The notes: generated by a model from the sequence alone, not told the origin. DNA of 63,081 nucleotides, filler included, from Reclinomonas americana ATCC 50394 (GCA_048213135.1; 29 parts of 29 records of this genome joined end to end with filler, not necessarily neighbours in it); one strand, 5' to 3'; shown: positions 23,361-36,844, numbered from the whole stretch's first letter. Program-made: numbers and translations.

Positions 23361-25146
23361 CCATTTACGATCCGCGGGCGGTGGTGGCGCGCCTCGGAGG
23401 CCGTGCTCCGCGGACCTACCAGTCGTTTCTCAATACTGTGGCGGTGAGCGGTGATGCTGCCTTCTGGAAACGCTTCTGTGCAGCAGTCTGAGTTTGTTTG
23501 CTGGCAGTCACTGCCGGGCCCCGGAGAACCACTGCCTGTGCCACCGTCGCCGTTTCCACCGACGTGCGACACCATCACCGACGACATGTTTGTCGTGCCG
23601 AGTCGCCTCAGTGATTTGCACGGCCACTTGCACGACTTGCCCGACGACGAGCACCCTCCGTTCTTCGGGGGAGAAGTTGCGTGTGTGTCTTCGCAGTTGT
23701 CTTCGCTCCGAGCCTCTCACAACTGCCAGCAGACTGCTGCACTGGCGCGCCTGCGAGCGGCCGTGGAGGAGCGGCCGGCGTGGACGGCCACGTTTGAGAA
23801 GCCACAGACCTCGCCGACTGAGGTAGTGCCGGTTGGCGTCCGCGACATGATTCTGCCGGCAACTACGGTACTCAGCCCCTACCTCAAGTTCGGGTGCATC
23901 TCTCCGCGGACGGTGAGCTCCTCTCTCCACGCTCCTCGGCACGTACATTCTCTCTCACACGATATGTTTCTACTTGACAGGTGTGGATGGCCGTGGACAA
24001 GGCGGCCGCCAAGAGTGGCAAGAAGCGATCACAGCCACCCGTGAGTCTGCACGGGCAGCTGCTGTGGCGCGAGTTCTTCTACACCGTCGCCTGGGACACC
24101 AAAGATTTTCACCAGATGGTTGCGTTGCAGATCTAGAGTGAGCACCACCGCACTCACCGTTTGATATCCGTGATGACTTGAGGGCGCACAGGAGGGCAAC
24201 GAGTTGTGCATCCAAATTCCGTGGCAGGCCGACGAAGAACGGCTGAGTGCGTGGCGCGAGGCTCGCACTGGCTACCCGTGGATCGATGCCTGCATGACAC
24301 AGTTGCGACAGATTGGTGAGTCTCACCGATGGTCGCCAGGTGCGATCGCGCGAGTGCTGACATTGACGAGCAATCGCTGCCGGGCAGGCTGGTTGCATCA
24401 CCTGGCTCGTCACGCTGTCGCCTGCTTCCTCACTCGCGGCGATTTGTGGGTATCGTGGGAGGAGGGCGCCAAGGTGTTTGACGAGTTGCTTCTCGACGCC
24501 GACTACTCTATCAACACCGGAAACTGGCTGTGGCTCAGCGCGTCTGCCTTTTTCCATCAGTTTCATCGCGTCTACAGCCCCGTGGGTGCGTGTGTACGTG
24601 TACCACCTACCCATCCACACGCACCTGGTCGCTGATTTCCTGCAACGTACACAGCGTTTCCGAAAAAGACCGACCCAGATGGCAATTTCGTGCGCCACGT
24701 TGCGTACGGATCGCACAGGGCACCGATCGCTCTCTATCGTCTCACTTGCACTCGTTCACAGTACTTGCCGGTCCTGCGCAAGCTGCCGAGTCGTTACATT
24801 TACGAACCGTGGAAGGCACCGCGAAGTGTGCAGGAGGCGGCTGGCTGCGTCGTCGGGCGTGATTACCCGGCGCCCATCATCGACCACGACACGGCGATGA
24901 AGGAGAACCTTGAACGCATGAAGGCCGCATACGCCAGGAATCGCCAGCTGAAGACCAAGAGGTACGCGTGCAGTGGTGCCACTGTATTCTGCTGCTGCTG
25001 CGCGTGCGGTGTGACTCGAGTTGTGCAGAGTGGCAGGCGGTCACATCGACGATGACGATGGTGCGGGCATGGAGCCGTCAACGAAACGCGCCAAGACTGC
25101 CAAGACCAAGGCCACCACGACCGCGACCAAGAAGAATAGCAAGTGA
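23361..25146 (+). CDS. (6-4) photolyase / animal-type cryptochrome, spliced, 5'-partial, with a basic C-terminal extension
   Basis: [67 protein letters not shown] and [20 protein letters not shown] at 25144-25146. Confidence 0.93.
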
Positions 25147-25518
25147 AGCGTAAGAGTACTTTCAATCGCCTCTCACAGCTCAAATCGTACAACGGTGTCG
25201 CCAGTCGCCGCCACGTCCCTCGCCGACCGCAACAACTCCAAGAACTGCGAAGAGAGGGAGAGACAGTAAGCAAGTGAATTCCGACGGCCGGGGTGTTTTC
25301 ACTGACCGTCTCCCTGCTGGCTGTGCCCGAGTCTGCACCATCGAATGTGTCAACCACACGAACGCACACAGAGACAACAGGAGATCAGGGTCAACGCAAC
25401 ACTTCACATCGTCGTCCCAGTCTGGTCGTCGAATGGTAAGCGGTGTACCATCCCAGAAAACCACCACCGCTGGCGCAAGAAGAACACTGTGACAGGGGGC
25501 GCCAATGAGAAGAGAGGC

Positions 25519-25573
<55 letters not shown>

Positions 25574-27079
25574 NNNNNNNNNNNNNNNNNNNNNNNNNNN
25601 NNNNNNNNNNNNNNNNNTTAATTAATTAANNNNNNNNNNNNNNNNNNNNNNNNNNNNNNNNNNNNNNNNNNNNTCCTTTCATCAAATCTCTCCCTCCTGA
25701 TCACATTCCTCAACCGTGGAAAGGGAAATCGAGAGAACCTTCTTCTCTTTCATCAAAAGAGGAAGGCACCGCAATCTTCCCATTCAAAACACAGTCTCAC
25801 AGTGAGTTTTTCTCATTCAATCGCCTCGCTTTCTCTCTTTCCCTTCGGAAAAGATCACGCAAGGAAATCACCCCTCACAAAAAGCATTCCATTCTCAATC
25901 GCATCGTCTTGCTTTCAAAAGCAAATCCATACACATTTCCCCTCTTTGGTTGATCATCCAAATCATTCTCTCCCTCTATCCTATCAAGAGGAAAAGAGAG
26001 ATGATTTGATGTGATTCCAGAGTGCATGCATCATCTCTTTGTGAGAAGAGAATAGCAGCACCCCATTGTCGATTTCTTTTCATGGTTGTTTGAGGAAGAG
26101 GTGGTGAGATAGATGATGATTATGAAAGGAGAAGAAGAAGAGAAAGCATCATGCAGAAGATAGAACATCTCCACACATCTTCTCTTCCCTTTATACTCCT
26201 CCTTCATGATCTCATTCATTCTCTCCGCTTTCCCATCACAATCATGCCAAGAAATCGCAATCATCTCTCACCGATTGCAGTCAACATCCTTCATCCTCAT
26301 CTCCAATCGTCTCGGCTTGAGAATACGATCGAATGCTCACTCGCAGACGATTCCCTCGCTTCGACGCTGTTGTTCATTTCTTTCGTTGCTTTTTCTTTTC
26401 GTCTCACACATTATATTTCCAGGTACACCTACGCGATTTCTCTGTTCTGGGCGTGCGTGACTTTCTTGGTCAATAGTATAGAAAAGGAGATTGACTGGGA
26501 GTGGGGTGTGTGCGTGATACAAGGGAGGAGGCTGCGTGCAGTGATTCGTGATGATGTGACTGTGCGTGCTATTTTTAGCTGCATGGGTCATCTCATTTAT
26601 TGACAGTGGGTGTGCATTCTGTGATTCAAAAGAGTCGTTTAATGTCTGTTTATGGGGAAATGTGATTTGTGGAGTGGAATCGATTTCACTCACTCTTTCC
26701 CTCCCACCCCTGACGCATTCCACTCGTGTGCATTCCTGAATCTCTTGTTTCATCAGGCTGGTTCATTCGTCACTTTCCGTGCATCTTGTGGAGAATGTGC
26801 GATTGTGTATTCCATGATGGGAGAGGGCGAGCTGATATCACAAGTGGGTGGAAATGAGATCATCTCTCTCCATAGGATATCATCCTTGTATAGTCACCTT
26901 TTCCTCCCCCACACATCTCTTCTCCCTCTTCTTCCCTTCTCTCCCCAGGATATCATCCTTGTATAGTCACCTTTCCCTCCCCCACATATCTCCTTCTTCT
27001 TCTTCCCTTTCTTCTGTGATTGTATAATCAATCACTTTTTTCCTCCTCCACATATCTCTTCTCGCCCCTCTTCTCTTTC

Positions 27080-27356
27080 TTTCTTTTCTTTCATCCAGAG
27101 AGAGAGACTTCATCAAGAGACTTTCTTTCTTTCACTCATCAAAAGAGAGAGAATTTCTTTCTTTCTTTTCTTTCATCCAGAGAGAGAGAGACTTCATCAA
27201 GAGAGTTTCATTCTTTCTTTCACTCATCATGAGAGAGAGAAAGAGTTTCTTTCTTTCTTTTCTTTCATGCAGAGAGAGAGAGAGACTTCATCAAGAGAGT
27301 TTCTTTCTTTCACTCATCAAAAGAGAGAGAGAGAATGAGTTTCTTTCTTTCTTTCC
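27080..27356. repeat. About three copies of a 90-95-nt unit (TTTCATCCAGAGAGAGAGACTTCATCAAGAGA...CACTCATCA)
   Basis: ACTTCATCAAGAGA recurs near 27107, 27191 and 27285 with similar flanks. Confidence 0.8.
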
Positions 27357-27481
27357 NNNNNNNNNNNNNNNNNNNNNNNNNNNNNNNNNNNNNNNNNNNN
27401 TTAATTAATTAANNNNNNNNNNNNNNNNNNNNNNNNNNNNNNNNNNNNNNNNNNNNCTCTCCCACATACCATCGCACAACA

Positions 27482-27523
<42 letters not shown>

Positions 27524-27555
27524 CCTTCTCACTCCCTCTCACACAAGCACCCATC

Positions 27556-28340
27556 TCAAATCGTCTCGCCAGGCTTGCACATCGGCGAGCGGGTGGCCAC
27601 CATACCGCCACGCAGTCCCGTCTTGAGGAAGGGCGCATTCTGTGCTCGTGTAAGCTCACCCCACTTGGTGCTGCCGTCGGGCTTGCGATTGGCGGCGGCC
27701 TCACTGTGCAATTCAAGAAGAAAAAAAAAGGCAGCGGTATGAGTGGTGGGAAGGACATGGGGTGAGCTGTGTGGGAAGAGACGCAACATGGCGGCACGTC
27801 GCAGCTGCTCCTCCTCGAAAGACACTTGAGCAGTCGTCTTGTACGGATCAAACTCGGCAATTTCTGTCCACTCTCTCTGTGCGCGCGCGCGCGATGATGA
27901 GCAACAGTTGAGGAGCGGGGGCGGGGGCGGAGGGCGCAACTCTCTTCTTCTCCAGTGTTTGTGTGCGCAGAGGCGAGTCCACAGGCGCTGGTGGGCGGAA
28001 TCAAGGAGGGTGAGAGACAGGCAGGCGGCAGTGCAGTGGCAGGCGAGGTAGGCATGTACCATCGAGGGCGAGGGAAGGGCGCACGTTGCGATCAATCGTC
28101 AGCTCCTTCAGGCTGACATGGCTCGTGGCCTCGACGTCGTGCCCGTGGCCAAACAGTTGCTCACGGGGCATGTCTGCAGGGGTGGAGGAGGAGGTGGTCA
28201 ACAAACTGCATTCCCTGATTCCGTTCCCAGTCGGACTCACCAGTGGCCGGCTCAATGTGCGCACGCAGTGACGTGCCCTGCGACAGGTCCTGGTACTTGT
28301 TGGTGAAGTCGACCTTGGCCGTCGTCATCATCGCCTGTGG
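27556..28340 (-). CDS. Small spliced eukaryotic protein, possibly a ciliary microtubule-inner protein (CFAP107-like)
   Basis: GT-AG exons give MMTTAKVDF..., DMPREQLFGHG..., DPYKTTAQVSF and ..KTGLRGG. The family call rests only on the LFGHG and YxTT motifs. Confidence 0.4.
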
Positions 28341-28384
28341 CTGCAAAGTGTAGGCGATGAGCACTATAGAAGGGGAAGGAGGAG

Positions 28385-28690
28385 GACGGCAGAAGGGGAA
28401 GTGATCAACCAAAGAGTATTGGAGAACGGTGACTGAGATCATTTTCTTGTTTGCAGCATGCAAGTGCACACATAAGGAGAGGAAGAGAAAGGACGTTGGC
28501 GGGGAGGAGGAGGACGGCAGAAGCGGAAGGGAAAACAGACCGGTGACTGAGATCATGTTCGAAGAGGACGGAGAGGAAGGGAAGGGAAGTGATCAAACAA
28601 AGAGTACAAGAAATTGGAGACTGAGATCATGTTCTTGCTTGCAGCATGCAAGTGCACACATAAAGAGAGGAAGAGGAAGGGCGTTGGAGA
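28385..28690. repeat. Imperfect direct duplication (about 110-nt block, about 190-nt period)
   Basis: GAAGTGATCAA...GACTGAGATCAT.TTCTTG.TTGCAGCATGCAAGTGCACACATAA occurs twice. Confidence 0.8.
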
Positions 28691-28867
28691 GATATCTCAG
28701 CAGGATGTGAGAGCGAACAGGAGAAAGCAGGATGCTCATCCGTTCTCTCTCTTCTCTCTCTCTCTCTNNNNNNNNNNNNNNNNNNNNNNNNNNNNNNNNN
28801 NNNNNNNNNNNTTAATTAATTAANNNNNNNNNNNNNNNNNNNNNNNNNNNNNNNNNNNNNNNNNNNN

Positions 28868-29554
28868 GACGAAACGCAGTCCCGGCAGTGCGGCGAGGAA
28901 GCGGTCGCGCATGGCGATCAGCTCGTCGTGGCCGGGCAGATCGGGATGCAGGTACATGTGGTACTGGGGCCGACGGCTGAAGTACCGGCGGTCGTTCTCG
29001 GTCGTCATCTGCTCCAGCGGCAGCCAGCAGTTGTGCGGCTCGCCCTGGTGGCCGATCAGCACCAACCCGAGCTCGCGCGCCCTTTCCGCGATCGCCACGA
29101 GTCCCGGGTGGTCCAGCATGACCAGGCGACCGTCGGGGTCCTCGGCACCCATCCCGATGTCCTTCCAGAACTTCACCGCACGCGCGCCCTCGGCCGTGGC
29201 CGTGGCCAGATCGGCGGTCACGTGCTCGGCCCACCCCGGCTCACCGAAGCCGTGCATCGAGAAGGACGTCGACCAGTGCACCTCCGACGGGTAGGCCTCG
29301 GCCATCGCGATCGCGATCGCACGCTGATCGGCGATGGGCGTGAAATCCGGCGCGTCGACGTTGATCGTCAACAGCTCGAAACCGTCCTCGAGCGCCAGTT
29401 GGACAAGAGCCGGGTCATCGACGTTGATGTGCACGTGGGCATCGAACTTCCGGACACGGGCGAAGTCCGCCATCCCGTAATGCTCGGAGGTCAGGGTGCG
29501 GGGACCCTCGTCCTGACCGGACGGGGAAGCGCTGGGAGAGTTCACGCCCCTCAT
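28868..29554 (-). CDS. Amidohydrolase-superfamily protein, 3'-partial; actinobacterial
   Basis: KFDAHVH (DxHxH metal motif), GARAVKFWK and VLIGHQGEP. Confidence 0.85.
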
Positions 29555-29630
29555 ACTGGCAGGAAAGCCGTCGGAGGCGGCGCAAGCGCCGCGCGGGACA
29601 TCGGTGACGACACCCGGCGAAGAGCGGCGG

Positions 29631-29990
29631 CTAGTGGGCGGCCTCGGCATGCGGCTCAGAGCCCGACTCGTGCGCATGTCTCGAGCGCACGGCCATGGCG
29701 AGTCCATGCAGGATCAGGCTTCCGAGCACGACGACCACCATCACGTAGACCGCGATGTCGGCGTCGTCGTCGTTCATCGCGTTGTAGGCGAGCAGGCCGA
29801 ACACGATCGATGAGGTGCCGCGAGGGCCGAGCAGCCCGAGGCCCATGCGTTCCCGCCACGGCAGACGGCTGCCGAGCAGGGAGATCAGCACCGGGAGGAG
29901 ACGGACCACGGTGAGGGCCAACAGCGCGAACAGGATCCACGTCCACTGGAACCCGATCTCGAGGACCAGGACGCCGACCGCGCCGAAGAC
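29631..29990 (-). CDS. Cation:proton antiporter (NhaP-type) C-terminus
   Basis: LTVVRLLPV and GLLGPRGTSSIVF...SLILHG motifs. Confidence 0.85.
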   Translation of the reverse strand, partial: VFGAVGVLVLEIGFQWTWILFALLALTVVRLLPVLISLLGSRLPWRERMGLGLLGPRGTSSIVFGLLAYNAMNDDDADIAVYVMVVVVLGSLILHGLAMAVRSRHAHESGSEPHAEAAH

Positions 29991-30090
29991 NNNNNNNNNN
30001 NNNNNNNNNNNNNNNNNNNNNNNNNNNNNNNNNNTTAATTAATTAANNNNNNNNNNNNNNNNNNNNNNNNNNNNNNNNNNNNNNNNNNNN

Positions 30091-30672
30091 GACCCACGAG
30101 CCGAAGTGACCCTCACGCCACCGTCCGCTCGAATCGCTGAGGTACTTCATGGAGGGGTTCATGAACCGCTCCTCGTAGGCGTGATACGCGAGACCCCATG
30201 AGCGCACCAGTTCATCCGCGAACGCGGTGCCGCCCATCCGCGCCGGCTCATGAAGGCTCAGGCCGCCGATCGGGCGTCCGACCGCGGCCTCGAAGATCGC
30301 TCGCTGACGGTCGGCCCAATCGAGGTCGCTCGATCCGAGCCACTCGTGCAGGCCTCCTTCGAGGTGGAGCTGCACTTCGTGACCGAGCTCCTCGATCTCA
30401 CGGATCGCCAGCAGGGAAGAGAGGCTCAGGGGGTTGTACCCCTGCGCATGCACACGGATGAAGAAGCTCGAGGTGCATCCGTGTCGAGCATCGATGCGGG
30501 CCACGCGCACCGCGAGCTCGATGCTGTTGTCGATGTCGTGGCGGAGGATGAGATGTCGCTCGTGCGGAGCGGCGAGATAGTCCTCGAAGCTCGAGACCGC
30601 GTACCCGTGCGCGACGTAGGCATCCAGCGTCTCCGCATAGGACCGCAGAGAGAAGTCGCGCGCGCCGCTCAC
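30091..30672 (-). CDS. Polysaccharide-deacetylase-like (NodB/CE4 fold) protein, 3'-partial
   Basis: LILRHDID, SSFFIR, LGHEVQLH, SLHEP and YLSDSSGRW motifs. GTG start inferred. Confidence 0.75.
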
Positions 30673-30877
30673 CGTCCGACTCCGGAGGCAGCGCTCGAGA
30701 TGACGTCGACGACGCGTTCCGCGACGGCCTGCAGCGAGTGATTCCGCGAGGCCAACGGACGACAAGGCCTTGGACGCATATGAGTACTCATACACCGTGT
30801 CCGGCGTGATGATGGCGAGGCTCGCAACAGCAGCGTCGAGCTGCGGAAGAAGCGCGGAGAACGGATCGATGTCTGGC

Positions 30878-30883
30878 TAGACT
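30878..30883 (+). promoter_or_regulatory. -10 box TAGACT of a probable leaderless transcript
   Basis: TAGACT ends 7 nt before the ATG at 30891, with no SD sequence. Confidence 0.55.
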
Positions 30884-30890
30884 CCTCAGC

Positions 30891-31171
30891 ATGACGACGA
30901 ACTCGCCGAGCGGCTCACGTCGCGGCGTCGCGATCGGCTCCGTGATCGCGGGTGCTCTCGCCGCCGTGATGATCATCGCCTTCTGGCTCATCGCGGGCGG
31001 TTCCGACGGTCAGGGGCTGTCGACAGGGTCCGTTCTCGCCGTCCTGTTCTTCTACGCGGCGCCCGTCGTCGGCGCGATCGCCGTTCTTCTCGGCATCGTC
31101 GCAGCGATCATCTCGCGGTCGAAGCTTCTGGCCGTCGTCGGCATCGTCCTGGGTGTCGTCCCGATCGTGGT
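30891..31171 (+). CDS. Small membrane protein (3 TM), 3'-partial
   Basis: Hydrophobic ORF with high GC3. Confidence 0.7.
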
Positions 31172-31271
31172 NNNNNNNNNNNNNNNNNNNNNNNNNNNNN
31201 NNNNNNNNNNNNNNNTTAATTAATTAANNNNNNNNNNNNNNNNNNNNNNNNNNNNNNNNNNNNNNNNNNNN

Positions 31272-33210
31272 CACACACAGATTTGAAGCAATGAGATGGT
31301 TTCGGTTGTCCGAGTAGGGTGCGACACAAAGAGTACGCACGGCTCAGCGGATCGAACGACGCCTGCTCATCGTCTTCGCCCGCAGTGGCCTACAACAGAG
31401 GCCGCAGGTGAGTAATCTTCCGCACACTTGCAACAGTGCGAGTGGCGACACGCACAAGATCAGAGTCGAGGTTCCGAGCACCACGAATCGGTGCCCATGA
31501 GACAGGCGCACAATCGACACTGTAGATTCGCTGGCTGCCGTCTCCACTGCACAGCTCTTGCATGTCGCCCGACTACCCAACAGAATCAGCAGCAGCAGTA
31601 GCACAAGGGAAAAAGGGAACGTGAGAACAAGCGCGCGAAATTCCGACAAGCAGAAAGTACTCGTATGAACCTGCACGTTGGTGAGCACCACTGTGCCACT
31701 GTACGACCCCGAGACAACCAACTGCGTGGCTGGTGCTGGTGAGGCAGATGCCGCACTACCGGCGTCCTCAAACAACACACAGCGCAGAGCTGCTACTGCG
31801 TTATCCGGGTGCACCACAAACTCGGTGGCCGGAGCCAGTGGATCCTGCGGGACTCCAGCATTCAGCGGATAACTGCGACAGTGAAGGATTCTGTCGGCGG
31901 TAGAATACACGTACGTACCGCCGCATTCATGCAAAACACTGATCCACGGTACGAGCCGCAGCAAAAAGACCACTCGCGAATGTCGTTTCGACGTGAGTAT
32001 GGAGGTGGCATCCAGGCGACCGACGTCAGCGTCTCGTGGTCTGCACTCGGTGCGGTGTTGCTCATCGAGTGCGGCTCGAACACCTGTGCCAGTCGTGTCA
32101 GCAGCCTGAATTGCGGAGTGCAGCACAGTAATCACGGCGTATGCACACCAGTTCCGTTTCCATTCGCCGCAAGTTCCACTTCCGCACCGACCCGTCGTGT
32201 GACGCAGTCAGGAGATGATATTGCAGCGACGCGGCGGCCATGGTCTGCGCATCCGGAAGCAGTGTGTACGCTGAACACACGGACGACACGGCACCCGTGT
32301 GACCCGCCAGCGTGGCGACCACGCGCGGTTTCTGAGCGGCACGTGTGAGATCTCTCGACGCACACATGTTGTAGCAGCGACAGCACACACACACATACAC
32401 ACCCTCGCATCCCACACTCTGACAGTGCGATCCCAGCTGCCAGAGATGATCACATTCAACCCGGCATCGCAAAACACCGCGTCGTTGACACAATCAGTGT
32501 GATCGGTCCACACGCGAACGCAGCGACCAGCCTGTCGCAAAACAGGCGAACCAGTCAGCATATGCACATATACATACACATACACGCGAAGCATTGCTGA
32601 CCTCGAAATCCCACAAGCGCAGTGTGCGATCATACGAGGCCGTGACCAGACGATTGGACGACCCGACTCGCGAGATATCAATCGGCGCCGCCACCAGCGG
32701 CGATTGCCCAATCAGCACCTTGGACACATAGCCCGCGTGCCCGTGGAGTCGCTGAAGGCTCACAGGAGGAACCGCTGCGTGACCATCATTGGCACACCGC
32801 GTCACACGCACACACCCATCGCCGTGACCGCTGACCATCAGCGACGAGCCGCTGCGATTATGAATGACGGAAAATCATCCATGATCAATCACCAATGCCG
32901 CAACGAATAAGTGTGTGTGCATGTGTGCATCAGAAGTGAGCACTCACTTTCCCGCAGCGTGTGGCAGCAGCACGAGTGAGTTGACGCAGAATGCGTCTGA
33001 GGTTCCCGCCGAGCTTGCGTTTGCGGATCCCGTGGACGACGGGAGAGTGTGCTCAGCATGTCGCGCTTGTGCGCTGCTGTTCTCTGACGGTAATGGCGCT
33101 CGCCAGTGCCACAAATCGACGACCGTGGCCATGCGTGGAGACACAACAATCTCTGCGAAAGTAACCGACACTTTGGTTGATTGCGATATTACCTGTGTCA
33201 GTTTGGTCTC
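31272..33210 (-). CDS. Eukaryotic WD40-repeat protein, spliced, partial
   Basis: LHGHAGYV, LVTASYDRTLRLWD, IISGSWDRTVRVWD, LAGHTGAV and LLTASHDGSVRKWN. Confidence 0.85.
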
Positions 33211-33349
33211 ATGGAGTCAAGCTCGCACGTCAAGGTCTGTGTGCGTGTGCGGCCTCTGAACGACGCCGAGTCGCTGCGGGGTGGTGGCGGTGCGTTGAGC
33301 GTGGTCAACACCGCAGATCGTCGACCAACACTCGCAGTTGCGTCAATGA

Positions 33350-33463
<114 letters not shown>

Positions 33464-34139
33464 ACGACACACNNNNNNNNNNNNNNNNNNNNNNNNNNNN
33501 NNNNNNNNNNNNNNNNTTAATTAATTAANNNNNNNNNNNNNNNNNNNNNNNNNNNNNNNNNNNNNNNNNNNNACCATTAGACTTTGGCAATGTGCCGATG
33601 CTGGAGTGGAGACGTGCGATATGTGCCGACATTCTCAGCGTCGAATGTCGCATGTTCCCTCTCGACCACACGTACCACTCGTCCAGATTGCGCGAATAAA
33701 ATGCACAACACAACACATGCAGAGTGCGTGAAACCCGAGTACATTCATTCTGTGGATTGTTGAAGCTAAAGGAAAGGAACGAGGGAAGGGACACAAAAAT
33801 AATCAGCGTTTGTCGGCGAGACGTGGAGAGGAGGAGAAGGGGCGGGGAAAAAAGAGAAAGAAAAAAGGCAATTACATGTGCAGTGTGTGCAAAGCGACAG
33901 ACAAAATAAGCACATCCATGATCATTATGATTGGGTATTGCGTCGACCGCGACGAGCTGGAGACACACACAGAGAGATCGTGAGGAGCAGGAGAATCACA
34001 GAGCATATTGAATAAATGGACTCACAAGAAGCGGATGCCGCGGAACCGCGACGCCGTCGTTTCCTCTGGGGGGCTGCGCAGGAAAAGAAGAAGATCGACA
34101 GGTTAGCACGAAGAGGAGAGACGAACTTCTACAATCCCA

Positions 34140-35771
34140 TCACCCAGGCTCACCGCTGCCGTCCCCTTCATCACCATCGTCATCATCGCCGCCACCTCGG
34201 TCGTCCTCCGAGTGACTAAAGTGATCTCGCAGGTCTCCGGCGTCGCTACTAAAAGCACGCTTTCGCGAACCGTTGCCAAAGCTGCCAGGCTCCTCGCCAT
34301 CGCCATCACCCTCAGCCTCGTCATCCTCGTCGGCGACCGCATACTCATCATCATCGTCCTCTTCATCGTCGTCGTCATCTTCGCCGTCGACTTCGTCCGC
34401 AAAGCCGGCGCTGAAACTTGAATTCTTTCGGCGCGGTCGCGACGATCGTCGCATGGGGACACCAGATCGCGCTTGCAACAGTCGCGCAAAGAAGGATTCT
34501 GTGTGACAACAACTGATGTCAATAACCACGCGTGGGTCGATTATGTGGCGATCAGTCTCTCTCCACTCACCATCCACCATGCCGGCGCCAAAATCAATCG
34601 GCTGCGATGGCGGCGGGCACAGACTCGGCAGCATCTGGCACATGAGGTCGACCATCACCTGCTGCTCGATTGCTGCATCGCAGAAGCACGAGGTGAGCAA
34701 CATTTAAAAACATGCACCTACGGCGGCACGACACACAAAGTTACGCAACTCGGCAACTCAGTGACTCGACGGAAGAACTCGAATCCAGCGCGAATGCGCT
34801 GTCCCGGCGACAAGCGCGCCGGTCCTGAACCGAATGACTGCAGCAGAGAAGCTGCACGACGGACACACGAGATGAGCACGGTCACACACCAGATGAAAGA
34901 AGCCTCTTGCAGACATCCACCCACCTCGGCTGTCGTCCTCGTGCATACTCGGCAGGCTACTGATGCTTCCGTGACGACCACGGTCGGCGTTGACAAAGTG
35001 TGCCGCCTTTTGCGCCTGTGCAATTCCTGGGTAGGCGGCAGCACTCGCACTGACAGGAGCCGGCGGTGGTGGTGGTGGATGTGGCAGCGGGAGCGCTGCC
35101 GGCGACGTCGTGTTCTGCGGATACCCGTAGAATCCGCCAGCTGCCGCACTCATGTCGCTGTTCATGACGGGCGGCAATGGCGGGGCCGAGGGCGGCGGTC
35201 CAGTAATCGGTGGGCCCACAAATGTGCCCGGGCTGTGATTGGTCGCAAACGGCATGCCACCGCCGACAAACTGCGGCGCGCCGGCCATTGGCAGCGGCGA
35301 CACCCCAGGCGACGTACTTGACATGTTGGGCGGTCCACCAGCGCCACCGGCCATCACTGGCATACTGTACACTGGCGAATGCGCGGGTCCGCCCATCTGA
35401 CTTGTGCCAGACGACGACGAATACATCGTCGACATTCTCGGCCCGCGCGTCGATTCCTGCGCACGAGGTGGTGTGAGAACGCAATATGATAGAGAGGCGA
35501 GAAAGGGGTGTGAAACGCACCTCCTCCAGCAGCCGCCGTTTCATATTCTTGGTGACGTACACGTGCTCTTGGTCCTCCTCTGTGGCAGGGAAAGGGAAGT
35601 GAGCAACAAAATAACCAAGGGATATCATCAGAACTCTCTCCCAACGCAACTGTCCGGCACACGCGCATAGATTTCGTACTCGGGGGAGTAGCACATCGCA
35701 ATCGCGGGCTCGTGCAGCGCACCATTGACGTCGACGCAGAACAGAGTGAGGCAGAACTTGAATCGCGGCTT
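34140..35771 (-). CDS. Eukaryotic hypothetical protein, 3' part: beta-rich domain end, Pro/Gly-rich region, acidic tail; possibly a transcription factor
   Basis: Spliced exons give KPRFKFCLTLFCVDVNGALHEPAIAMCYSPEYEIYARVPD|KEDQEHVYVTKNMKRRLLEE, then a Pro-rich region and a D/E-rich tail ending in TGA at 34140. Confidence 0.5.
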
Positions 35772-35871
35772 NNNNNNNNNNNNNNNNNNNNNNNNNNNNN
35801 NNNNNNNNNNNNNNNTTAATTAATTAANNNNNNNNNNNNNNNNNNNNNNNNNNNNNNNNNNNNNNNNNNNN

Positions 35872-36490
35872 AGTCGCGCGTAACCGCATAGATGACGCTT
35901 CCTCCGAGATTGAAGCTCGTCGGGCTGCGTCCTGCAACGTCGAATAGCGAGGTCACACCCGCGTTCGCGTGGAGCGTCACTCGATTGCTGACGATCTTGC
36001 TGAAGGGTAGGTTGCTTTGAAAACCGAAGGAGCCGTTCCCAGTACCCTCTCTAAAGTTCCCGGTGGGCAGAATGAGGCTAATACGAGGGGCAAAAGCGGG
36101 TGTATTGTCACTCTCGAACAAAGCTTGATATCGATAGTTTAGTAGAACGTCGCCTATTCCGCGAGCCTTCTGATCTTTATTTCTTAGGACCGAGTATGGC
36201 AACACGTAAGAGAACTGGTGGGTCTGGCTGCCGAGCGGGAACTCATTTGTAAAAGCGAAGAACCGATCTCGGCCCTGCCCCCGTAGGGTGGCGATACCCT
36301 GAACGATCCCGGGCTCCTGGTTGTAGGCCTCCTCGATGAGGAAAGAGTTATCTTGAACCCCCTTTGCCAGATTATCATCTGTCCGCTCGCTGATCTGAGG
36401 CGGGTCAGTACGATCTATCTGACCCTGAGACTGAGCAAGGGCCAAAGTAACACTAACGAGGTATGCGAAAATGACGTAGTGTAGTTTCAT
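35872..36490 (-). CDS. Exported 'transporter'-family (MetA-pathway/phenol-degradation type) outer-membrane protein, 3'-partial; proteobacterial
   Basis: Signal peptide, QDNSFLIEEAYNQEPG, GIGDVLLNYRYQ and ILPTGN motifs. SD GGAG. Confidence 0.75.
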
Positions 36491-36844
36491 AATGGCTCCG
36501 CACAGTTAAGGCGTTATCTGGTGCCGACAGAGAGGGCTGTTTAATCGAGCGCCGTTGAGTACGCCAAGGCCGCCGAAACAGCTGAGGCTCGGCTTGAAGG
36601 CTTCTTCTCGGCGACCTCAGAGCCTACGGTGAAGCCGAAGCGTGATCGGGACCTACTCGCATCGCTCTCGTGCAGAAGGACAGCACTGCCGGCGCGGCAG
36701 GCATGTCCTTTCGCGAAGGCAGGTCGGCAGCGAGGCGAGCTTCAAGGTCATGTTAGACCCCCCGTGAAGATAACCAATTTATGCATATGAGAAGGATTTG
36801 CAATAGCCCATCGCCGGTTACGTTATGCTATGGTTCGCTTGGCA

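Noticed and set aside
22750..24705. Non-GT (TT) donor reading G|TTGCGT
   Set aside because: Shifting the junction by one base destroys conserved Tyr residues (ACS GGY, photolyase RHYLP), so the introns are GT-AG.
25180..25490. Convergent minus-strand exon(s) after the photolyase (VVFWDGTPLTIRRPDWDDDVK, followed by GTTGCGT)
   Set aside because: Probably a real gene end, but too short to model or name.
25674..27080. Possible micro-exons (e.g. YTYAISLFWA near 26423) in an AT-richer contig
   Set aside because: I could not build a consistent spliced frame or recognise a family.
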